In this document: positions 53,317 to 64,000 of the stretch, piece after piece | Numbering within the stretch: position 1 is the stretch's first letter | Layout: each line of letters begins with the position of its first letter | From: Lingula anatina | Taxonomy: Eukaryota > Animalia > Brachiopoda | DNA: 64,000 bases | NCBI GenBank assembly: GCA_051362555.1 | Contig: CM120640.1 | Location: 5,084,001 to 5,148,000, forward strand | Direction of reading: 5' to 3' | Notes under the pieces: model-generated | What the model saw: only the letters and a program-made list of their open reading frames with translations | Database searches by the model: none | Told to the model about the DNA's origin: nothing | Translations under genes and position numbers: made by a program

Positions 53317-56300
53317 TCATCTTCTCCTTTTCCTTCCTTGGTTTTGTGTTGGTTGCTGAGATGGTTCAACTCTTTCTGCAATAAAAAAACAACCTAGTGT
53401 AGGAGACAATCATCAATTATTTTAGCACCTCAGTTTTTGACTTGGACTGCATTATCAATAAACCACTGAAAATAGTTACTGCAACTATTGGTTTCTGCTA
53501 GCTAGGCATTAATTTTTTCTTGAACATATCACCCACTTGTGCAATGTTTTTGACAAAGAAAAACCGATGAAACATTCTACACAAAAGTAAAAAGTAATTG
53601 TAATTTGAATTTAATCCATTTATAGTCATTTACAGTGGTGGTGTCATCTTCATATTGTACAACATAAATTAGTCCTCCCTTAAATGGCTCTGCCAAGGAG
53701 GTTATGTTTTTACATTGTTTGCCTCTTACTGTTTGTTACCAGGGTTACTCAAAAAGTTACGGACAGATTTTGAAGAAATTTTTAGGATAGGTCAGAAATT
53801 ACTTAACTTGAAAGTGATAAAATTTTGATGATGATCTGTTAATTAATTAATTATGTCTGTTAGCAATATTATGCCATATGTTAGAGGGATTTATGACATT
53901 TTTATGAAAATGTGCCATGTTTGAATGGATACTAAGTAGTTAATAGATGCATTAGCTTACTGATTAGTTTATAAATTAGTCAACCAATAACTTGATTAAT
54001 TAACTGGTAATTAATTATGTTAATTACAATGAGAATTTAGCTAATTAATTAGTTAATTAATAATAATAAGAATAAAGTTCATTTATTAATTTATCAATTA
54101 ATTCAAAAATTATAATTGAGAATCAAATTGCCTTGGTGGAGGCCTGTGCTCTCCGAGTGATTTTCTACTTTTATAATGACTCAATATTTACCAAACAAAC
54201 AAAAACAGACTATATATATATTTCAAGAAGGGAATATTAGTGTGATTTTTTTTCTGACCCCCCCCCCCCCCCCCTATAAATCTGCCACTGGGATGGTAGG
54301 GGATTCCAAACATAATAATAAATGTCTCACTAACCTGGCTGTTCATATGGCCATGGTGCCCCACATCCACTGGCGGGACACTTGGGGCTATCTCTATTGC
54401 GGAAGCAGCGTGCGGCACAGTGGTGGTGAAGTTTGGCTCTACAACTACCACAGGACTGACCCTGGAGAGGGAACAAATAGAAATCCTTACACTAGGACTT
54501 TTATTCTTTAAAATTCTAAAACTGGATTTTTCAATTATTTAGTTTGATTGAGATTAAGAATTGATTAAGACTATTACGATAATTTGCAAATATTGCACTT
54601 GTAGAAGACAGGCTACATGATTGACAGGAACATGTTAAGTAAAACGTTCACCATAAGTCTAAGGGCTCATTCACAATGAAACTGTCATACTAGGTATATC
54701 AATTCAACTCCACAGGGACTCTAGCTGAAAGCTATATATGGGGTGAGTAAGTTTCATGTGCTGTTCGAGGCAGCTCGTCATTCAGTTAATCTGACTGCAT
54801 TCTGCAAGAGTCCCTGCTGACTTTGATTCATTACCAACTACAATAGTTTCGTTTTGAGTACACCCTAAGTGGAAGCAGGTGACATATCACATATAGAATC
54901 TGTTCTAGGAAGTAATGGTATACATACATTTACCAAACAACATAAACATATGCCACTCAATTGTGACTTGGAGGGCATACACATTTTTTTTTTGCTAAAA
55001 ACACAAAAATATTTTTAGACTATTCTGTACATATTTTTGCGAAAAAATGACGTCATCACCCAGCTGGCCTCGGGTAGAAAGAATAATTTATAAATGAATT
55101 GTAAAAACCACCTGTAGACAGATTTGCTTGCACATTTCACAGTTGACTATGAAATCCTCGTAAGTGTCCTTCAAGTAGTGGCCAAGTTCCAGTATACATC
55201 TTGTGTCTAAGGAAATGTGCCCTTCATTGACATCCTGAAACAAAGCAAAAATTTTTAAAGTTAAAACTATTCACTGGAGATTCTTCACAGAAGTAATACT
55301 ATATGATATCACTTTTCTTAATAGAGCATTAAGTTATTGTACTGGTCCATTTGAAATAGTTCTTGATGGAAGGATACTACTTTGACCAGCAATGGTCATT
55401 GAAAAATATTATGAAAGTAGTCTCTCTAAATTTTCTTTACTTTCCAATTAACAACAATAGAAAACCAAAACTACATAAGGAACACTACAATAAAGGCTGA
55501 GAAAATAAAATCAATCTCTTACACTGATAATCCAGAGGTCTTTTTGAAACCTGTCTATCAAATCTTGTGCCATTTTTTTGCTCATTTTCACATTTTCCAG
55601 CTTGTCCACTTGGTTGAGGGCATCAACAGAAGAGATGGAACCCTCTGGGCTCTTGGCAATCTCACCAACCTGAAATCACCAAATTTAGCTAAAATATGAC
55701 ACTAGAGAAACAATAAGTTATTTGTAAAACAAATTTTTCTTATTTAAACAAACAGAAGATAACTGACATTTATCAATATCTTAAGTAAAACATGGAATTC
55801 TGAGCTTTAGAACTCTTTCCCAAGAAGACAAAACTTTTATTTTCACACAGTTGTGCTTTGAAATGCCAGACTGAGACTAAAGATTTCAAAAGAAAAAAAA
55901 AATCTGCTCCTTAAATTACAGCGAGTTTTTTCTTACAACTAAATTGGATCTGGTTATCAATCCTGATTACCTACCAGCTTCTTAAAATATTCCAGTTCAT
56001 TAACTGTGTAATCTGAGGACTGCTTCAGTATTCCATGATTTTCACTTGTGTTCACCTGATAAATAAAAAAAACCTACGAAAATTACTTTTATCATTTTCT
56101 ATGCATACAACCCATATGTTTTCTTTTTTTCAAAAGTTTCAAGGACCAAAGTAAAAATACAAAACATAATTTTACAAATTTACTGACTGTCACTTATAAA
56201 TCATAAAACTCTATTCATGCTGGGAGTTTTTTTTAAATTACCAAGCAGTAGCAATGATTTCCTGTCTTCTCGCTGATGCCCTTTCTGATCTCCAGGTTCA

Positions 56301-56765
56301 AGGGCTTGATGTTTTCATTTATTGTGATTACAAATGAGCCTAGCTCATAATCACCTATATTATTTAAAATGAAAGAAAAAAAAATTAGATAAAATAAAAA
56401 ATGTCACTCTTTAAATCCTTTGCAAAATAAATATAATAGTAAAAACAAACTTTTAAAGATAAATAATGAAAAGTGTAACAAGAAATCTCTCTGTTGAGAA
56501 GCAAAGTTAATGCCTTGTGTCAAGCACAGAGGTACCCTTTAAGTGATTACGTATACAAGAAATATTTGAGCAATTTAATTTTAAAATAAAATAAACTGAT
56601 ACAGACTCTATCACAAAAAAGCATACCACTCAATGCCAAAAGTTCCAAAATGACATTACCTCCAAACCTTTTCAATGCCATAGCAAAATGTTCCTTCACC
56701 TCCTTAGTGTACATCACATATTGTGTCATGAAGGCCTGGAGAAACAATCTATGGCTATCTTCCAT
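53317..56765 (-). CDS. NSMCE1: Non-SMC element 1 (Nse1) of the SMC5/6 complex, 7 coding exons
   Basis: Exons ~56765-56660, ~56354-56242, 56056-55976, 55669-55523, 55235-55112, 54461-54335, 53375-53317. MEDSHRLFLQAFM...FVITINENIKPLNLEIRKGISEKTGNHCYCL-VNTSE..DYTVNELEYFKKL..LNQVDKL..QDLIDRFQKDLWI..CILELGHYLKDTY..NCEMC..C..KLHHHCAARCF..CPASGC..W. This is the winged-helix plus RING pattern of Nse1. Confidence 0.92.
53688..54170 (+). mobile_element. Helentron/HINE (DINE-1-like) non-autonomous element in an NSMCE1 intron
   Basis: Subterminal inverted repeats CTCTGCCAAGG (53688) and CCTTGGTGGAG (54131), followed by a small hairpin GCTCTCCGAGT and a TTCTA(C)TT end. Short TGTT repeats near the 5' end and an AT-rich core. 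Confidence 0.6.
54663..54865. mobile_element. MITE with TAA TSD (Harbinger-like)
   Basis: TAA|GGGCTCATTCACAATGAAACT ... AGTTTCGTTTTGAGTACACCC|TAA, with an internal inverted repeat CAGGGACTCT/AGAGTCCCTG. Confidence 0.65.
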
Positions 56766-57399
56766 GACGAATATGGCTGTAGAGATTCTTACTGGCAAAA
56801 GTTTTACATCTGAAAGCAAACAAAAAGTTGTATGATAATAAACTTTGTTATGTGATCATACATTTTGACGCTCACTGCTTGGATGAGATCAGTCACGTGC
56901 AGGTCAATATCAGGCCATGTTGACCTCCCAACAGGTCAATATTTGTCTGGAAACAGATGGGATAAATTTCTCTATTTGAAAAGAATGAGCTGTGAATCAC
57001 AGCCACTATCTCCTAGTCCTGACTCTAAAAATCAAGCTTATAGTCAAGTACTCTAATCACTAGGTCATCTCAAAATTATCCTATATGGCTTTGAACTATT
57101 AATATTTTTCAATTATGTATCTGTGTTGCTTAATTTTTTGTGTGCCAAGGAAAGTAGTTGTACATGACCATGATTTACTTTATTTGTGACGGTGTATATT
57201 GATAAAGAAATCTGAATCTGTACAGCAGTCAACCCGTAGGGTACGTTGCATTCGGCATAATCTAGAAAATTAGCAGGTTACCAAAAACAAACACGACTTG
57301 TACTTAACTATTAAGACTTAAAAACACTGCAATTTTAGACTAAAAAATCAACGTACCGCTTCGTGACTTACCGTATAAATCGACAGTGAAGATTTGGGC

Positions 57400-57641
57400 A
57401 TTTCACCCCGATCTTACTTTCCCGCCAGTGACCTTGACACAGTTTTAAAGGCTTATGGAGATTATGTGGCATGAATTACTGATATGTTTGATTCTGAAAG
57501 ACCATTGACTAACATAGCATTATAGACATATAATTTATTCCCCAAACACCCCTTTTTCCCCATCTGGGAAAACTAAATGTCATTTCCCTTAAACTTTCCA
57601 GCGAAACCGATTACCTGCAACGGTTAGAGAGTATATCCAAG
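57400..57641. promoter_or_regulatory. Bidirectional promoter of NSMCE1/DDX24
   Basis: The NSMCE1 first-exon donor at ~57371 (-) and the DDX24 ATG at 57642 (+) are under 300 bp apart. E2F-like TTTCCCGCCA at 57418-57427; YY1-like AAGATGGCG over the DDX24 ATG. Confidence 0.55.
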
Positions 57642-60600
57642 ATGGCGACTACCATCAAAACACATGGGGAATGGAAACCAGTCAAAATAGACCCTTCCTT
57701 GTTCGCCCATGGCGGTATGGAAGGGTTTATTTGTATGGAAGAATTAACAGATTACAAACTGATTCGAAGCAACAGTTCCAAGAAACCTGGGGACCTTGAG
57801 AAGGTAGACTTATCACATTTAACTTTATAGCTGTACCAGTAATATGTGGCTCCTTTCCCAACAGCTGATTCAGGTTGCCAACTCAACCCTAAGACCATTC
57901 CACAGCTTACACCTTATAGGGTTTATTTTAGAATTTAATAGTAGAAAGACCCAAATCATTCGTGAGCTTACGTTGAAAGAGTAGTTTATAACTCTGTAAT
58001 TGAACTTCATTCCTCTTGAACGACTTTCAAATAATATCGTCACTGTTGACTTTTTCTACTGAAGTTCAATAAGACAAGATGAAACTGTTAGCGCTCAAAA
58101 GCAAGAGCGTGACTGACACATTATGAGTGAAACACACTGCTGTTAAGATTAACACGTGAGCAGTCTTACACGTAGAACAGCAATTAGATGCAAGTATGAA
58201 TAGTTTGTTTCCTTTACCCCTACAGCATTTTAAAGATTGAATTTTTATTTCGAAAAAGAAGACAACCAAGAAAGAGAAGAAAGATGTTGTGGATAAGAAG
58301 CACCAAGGAACAAAACAGAGTCCAAAAACATCTGGGAAAACTAAATCTAAATCATCAGAAAAAAAAAATCTAACAATTCAACATGCTGCTCAGACTGAAA
58401 ACACAGATAAAAAGAAGAAAAAGAAGAAACAAAAGAATAAAAATACCAAGCAAGAAGGAGAACTGCAAGAAAAGGAGCACAAGATTGGACGAGGACAATT
58501 TGTCAGTGGAGCTCAAATATTTGATGCCTGTGAAGAGGATCAAGATGAAAAGACTGAAAAGAAGCAAAATAAGCTTAACACTTCAAAGAATAAAGGCAAT
58601 GAAAATAAAAAGAAATTCAAACCAGAAAAAAGGAGAAGAGAAGGTATAAGAATTTATAATTAATACAAAACTAGTAATTATAGGTTGTTTGTTATGATAC
58701 TCCTTGATCTTGTGATGTTCATATTTCCCAATCTGATGTCCATCTCAGTATCCTTAGTTATTAATAGATGTTCAAAGACAAATCAAAATATTCATTATAT
58801 TCATATTATGAATGTTTTATTTCTCTGTTTTGTGTGATCAAGCTGAAGAACAGATTCCAAAAAAGAAGCTAAAAATAACAGAAGAGGAGCAAAAAGAGGA
58901 TGTTACTGAAACAAAAACAGGTAAATGCCACTCATTTAATTTTTATCTATAATAATTGTGGCTTACTTTAAATATTCTTGATGAGTGCTAATTAGAATAA
59001 TCACCTACAACAGAGGTCAAATATATTTCACAACTGTTGGGAAATTCTCTATAGAATGGTGAATCACAGTAAATATTGAACAAATTTTTTATAGATGTTT
59101 CTGCCTGGAAAGACCTTTTTGTCCCTGAGCCAGTTCTGGAAGCACTTGCAGAATTGGGCTTCTCAAGTCCAACACCAATCCAGGCACTGGCTTTACCATC
59201 AGCCATTAGAGATAGGATGGATATTGTAGGAGCTGCTGAAACTGTAAGTTTGTTTCCTTTACCCCTACAAATTGTCTATATATATATATATATATATATT
59301 ACTCTTATTATGCTGAGAATAGGTGGTTTTGACTTTGAGATGCCAGTGACTATCTTGGAATTTCAACATTTTGTAAAATGTGTCACTTGACTCTTCATTA
59401 TTGGATTCTATTTTAACTTACATAAAACAAATTTTGTTATCTACTTGAGGCATACTGATCTTACGCTTAAAATCAATTTTTGTTAAAAAGTTTTAAATAA
59501 TAGTCTGTGATAACTGTTAAAAGAAATTCAAATGGATTTCAAGATTTTTGTCAAACATTTTTCACAGGGCAGTGGCAAAACTCTTGCCTTTGGTATTCCA
59601 ATTCTGCACCACATCCTCAAGTCCAAGTCACTGGGATCAGAAAGAAGCACAAATAACAAAGATGGCTCAGACAGTGAGGAGGAAGAAGACTCTGTTGAAA
59701 GTGAAGACAAAAATAATGACACTGATAATGAAAATAATGAAAAAGATGAAGAGGAGAGGGTTGTTGATGAAGAGGGTAGTGATGATGATGATGATGATGT
59801 TGATGAACTCGGAGAGTCAGATTCTGAATTGTCTGAAGATGGAAGTTTTGATCGTCCACCTGGGGATGAAGATGATGAACTACCAGTGTTAAAGGTGAGG
59901 TTTTGTACGTAGAAAAATCAACAAAATTGATACAGAAATTTTATTGTGGAAAATAGGTATCTGTAATGTTGTGCAATAGGGCATATGGTGTCACATGTAT
60001 TCTTTCAATTGGATTATATATATCAAAAACTGGCATCATTTAGAAACTCAAAACAACTCTCAGGTCACCTTGTAGCGTTTCTTGTTCTGCTAATGAGACA
60101 AAAGGCAGCAAATAACCTTTTACATATACACAATTTTTATGCATTTTCATATAGGAAGATGACATTGGCTGTGTGAAAATTCTGAATGATGTACAGTTTG
60201 ACTGGCTGGAGCCAGAGCCCCAGCAGGCACCTGCTCTGTTTAGTCCAAAGGGACTTGAGGCCTTGATACTGACACCAACACGGGAACTAGCAGTGCAAGT
60301 CAAGCAGCATCTGGTGGCAGTTTCTAAGTATACAGATATACAGGTCAGAGTTTGATTTATTATAGAACTGTATGTTAACCATTTGTCAGTTAGCCTTCCA
60401 CAGATTAATTTCCTGCTACATGCAATCATTAGACAGTTTTGTTTTTAAATGATTGCTTAGATAGCTATGCATTGGAATGAATGCACTAACTATTTTATCA
60501 ATTATAATCGGATAAGATATAACTAACAGGTGACTTTGTAAACCCATAGGACTGGGCTGTTTAGTTGCCTTTGTCACTATAATAGATCTGTTCATACTAT

Positions 60601-63600
60601 GATGTTTCTAGATAGCAGTAGTAGTGGAAGCCCTGGGGCTATGTCTTCTGGTCGACATTCTCACTGTGTTAAAGCTATTCAAACTCTAATCATATTTCTA
60701 GATAGCAGTAGTAGTGGGTGGCATGTCCCAGCAGAAGCAGGAAAGATTACTGAAGAAGAGACCAGAGATAGTGGTAGCCACACCTGGGAGACTGTGGGAA
60801 CTCATTAAAGAGGTGTGTATTCATGTCACATTTACCTTGATACCAGTGATCTGCCCTGGTCAAACTCTCATTTTATTTGCATTGTAATAAACTTATTCCT
60901 AATTTTTTTGTAAACTGTAGCTCCCAAACTTACTTTGAACTTTCTGTTTTGAGACTGGTGACCAGAAAAGGACAGTCATCTTTGTTGTTTAAGGGTTTAA
61001 TTGATTTGACAAAGGCATATATGACAACCCCTTTTTCTTATAAATGAAACAGTAAGGCGTATAGTATCTGAAGGTATGCATCTTGTACCTGTAGGGTGAC
61101 CCCCACCTGTCTACAGTTGACACCCTGAAGTACCTGGTCATAGATGAAGCAGACAGAATGGTGGAGAAGGGACACTTTGCTGAGTTGTCTTCACTCCTAG
61201 AGATGATAAACAGGTATTGTATGTGCTCAGAAAGTACAACAGATGTGTAAGTTCTCGAATGTGTGTTGTCTTGTGTTCTGTTTTGCATATTATTTTAAAA
61301 TAGGTGTTTATGGTTTTTCAGTTTCCACAATGGGGAGATATTGAAGAGGTATGGTAATAAAAGACTCCTTGATTAGATTTACTTTTATATTGACTGCTAA
61401 AAAAACTTTTAATTTTTTTAAGTGATCAGAAGAAAAAAAGGAAGAGGCAAACATTTGTGTTCTCAGCAACATTAACCCTTGTTCACAGTGGACCTCAGCG
61501 TTTACTGATGAAGAAGAAGAAAAAGAAGTTTAAAATGACACAAGAGCAGAAATTAGGTCTGTACTTTTTAAACAACTAAAAAATAAAACCTTTAAATGGA
61601 AATTTTGAAAGTTTACAGTGTGAAAATGGTGTTATTTGAAAAATGCAAGATATGTAGGTAAATATATCAATAGAATTTAGAATTGTATTTACTAATAATC
61701 AAATATTGCAATGCCTTAACATGCTTTTGAAAATGGGCAAGATTTAAGTAATATATCTTTCACATGGTATATGTGAACTTTCAGAGTCTCTGATGGCAGA
61801 AATAGGTATCAAAGAAAAGCCAAAAATCATAGATCTTACCAGGAAGACTGCCACAGCAGAGAGATTAGTTGAGACCAGAATTCCTTGCTCTACTGAAGAA
61901 AAGGTAATGTTGTGCATGTAAAAGGCCAAAGTAAATACACTAAAAGAAATATTTAAACAATTTTAGAGCTTTTTTGGCTCTAGTGCAATCTTATAAAGTT
62001 TTAAACATTCTCCCTCCAGTAATATATCTTTTCCTTTTTAGAAATAATGAAAGTTTCCTTTAATGATAGATCCACATATTATATTTAAAAAAATGAATGC
62101 TAACAAGTTGAAAAAACTTTTTAACTATCAAAAACTGAGATCCAATGAAACTATCTTCGAATTTACAAATATACTGTAAGTATGTCATAAACATAAGACC
62201 TTAAATTTATTATCTTTGTATTTCTCCCAGGATGCCTACCTGTATTACTTCCTCCATCAGTACCCTGGCAGAACCCTTGTGTTCACCAACAGTATAGACT
62301 GTATACGGAGACTGGCCTCCATCTTCACACTGCTCAAGTGTAAACCTCTCACACTGCATGCCAATATGCACCAGAGACAAAGGTTAAAGAACTTAGAAAG
62401 GTTTGCAGGTATGTGGAATGGGATTTTCTACTCTTTTTTTTAATGGAATGCAGGTTTTTGGTCATTCTTGTTACTGTTATTTTTCTCTGACTAATTGAAA
62501 TCTCATTAAACAGTTATATAAAACTGACCAATATGAATATCATCCAGGTTTAACAGGGTTTAACATTATATTAGGACCATGCCTGGCTTTTTAATGTATA
62601 TATTCCGTGTTGTAATTCAGCTGACAAACATGGCCTGTTGCTGGCCACTGATGTGGCTGCCCGAGGTTTGGACATTCCCAATGTGGAGCATGTTATTCAT
62701 TACCAGGTCCCCAGAACTTCTGAGGTAAGTACTTTTGCTTACTCTTTCATTTAATATATTAATTTTAATTTTAAAGTCAGAGGTATAATATGTGTGTTGG
62801 AAAATGTCAAAAGCTCATTTTTATTTCAATATTTTGCAAACCTACTTGTCTTTCCCAAGTCTGATCTTTGAAACTATAAAATTTCCTCAGATAAAAGTTC
62901 CTGATATTCATATTTCCTTCTGAAATGTCTTTTGAATAAACCATTTGTTAAGAATGAAATAATTAAATTAAAATAGTACAAAATATCAAACAATTTGTGA
63001 GTAAGAAAAAAAATTTAGCATGAAAATCCCATTTGAATTGTGTTCAACATTTTAATGCAATTAACACAACAAGGGGGCATTTTCACTTGAACCATTTAAA
63101 TATACCTATATACTTATTTTACTTTTTTTTTTGTAGAATTACATTCATCGTAGTGGTCGCACAGCTCGCGCTTCTAAGGAAGGTCTCAGTGTGATGTTGA
63201 TGAGTCCTGAAGATGTGAAAAATTACAAGAAAATAGTTCACACTCTGAACAGAGGTAGATACCTTTAACAATACTAAAGATGCAACTTATAACATTTAAT
63301 ACATGACTGTTTCGAAACATTTAACTGAAGTAGCCATTAGAATATTTCTGAAGTTGGAAATTGTGCACAAGGTGGGACATAAATTTGACCTGCAGTCATA
63401 TTTAGAAACCTTGCAAATTGGCAGTAGTCCTTCTTGTCCACAACAGATACATTCTGAATTGCAGTCACAAACAAATAGTGATGTGGTGCGTTGTCTCCTG
63501 TATTTTCAGATGAAGATGTGCCAGTGTTTCCTGTGGAGCAAGCTCTAATTACTTCAATCAAAAGCAGACTAAACTTGGTCAAAGAAATAGATCGAGAAGA

Positions 63601-63606
63601 ACACAG
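57642..63606 (+). CDS. DDX24: DEAD-box RNA helicase DDX24 (Mak5), 14 exons seen, 3' end outside the window
   Basis: N-terminal [20 protein letters not shown] motif [17 protein letters not shown], long acidic insert before [72 protein letters not shown]. Confidence 0.95.
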
Positions 63607-64000
63607 GTAAGCATATCACAAGGGCACTGATAACAAGCAAGGCTTCATTGTGGTAAATGTGAAAAAGACAGCATAGGCAGATAATGATGTGCCTATTTCT
63701 GGTGACATGCATGCAGGATAAACCCATTTATTGCATTCACATCTTTTCACAGATAATGCCACGCTTGCACCAACTATGTTATAAGTGGAAATGGGCATGC
63801 ACACATCACGAGATATAGGCATGCACACACGCCCAGAGGAATTGGGTTAACGGTGCATGCATGTCATTATATTTGGAAAGGTGAATTGTGAAAAAGATAA
63901 TATGAAAGGCTTTTAGAGTGCATTAGGTGTGAAAGAAGGGGAGGTCCTGGTGAGAATGTGTTTTAACTGACAGAATGTAAAACATGGTTATGTAGATCCT

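Noticed and set aside
58076-58118. SECIS-like ATGA...AAAA...TGA hairpin
   Set aside because: It is intronic, the helix spacing does not fit, and no in-frame TGA was found in any reconstructed gene.

Overview
AT-rich, intron-rich metazoan genomic DNA, probably from an invertebrate such as a lophotrochozoan (inferred from gene structure and repeat types). Eight protein-coding genes were reconstructed by hand from GT-AG exons. In order: the 5' part of FAM110 (-), a ZIP1/3-type zinc transporter with an uninterrupted ORF (+), TMEM244-like (-) head-to-head with ATAD2 (+), a secreted 3xCUB protein (+), a WH-H15-double PHD-SAM chromatin protein (+), and NSMCE1 (-) head-to-head with DDX24 (+, runs off the window). 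The WH-H15-DPF-SAM protein joins the KAT6/MOZ reader module to a SAMD1-type SAM domain and has no MYST domain; it is the most interesting feature. Non-genic DNA holds five copies of one TTA/TAA-targeting MITE family, several other MITEs and Helentron/HINE-like pieces. It also holds a 2.4-kb inverted-repeat element containing a shrunken LTR retroelement whose two LTRs have decayed asymmetrically at CpGs. Exon coordinates were read by eye and may be off by a few bases; no database searches were run.
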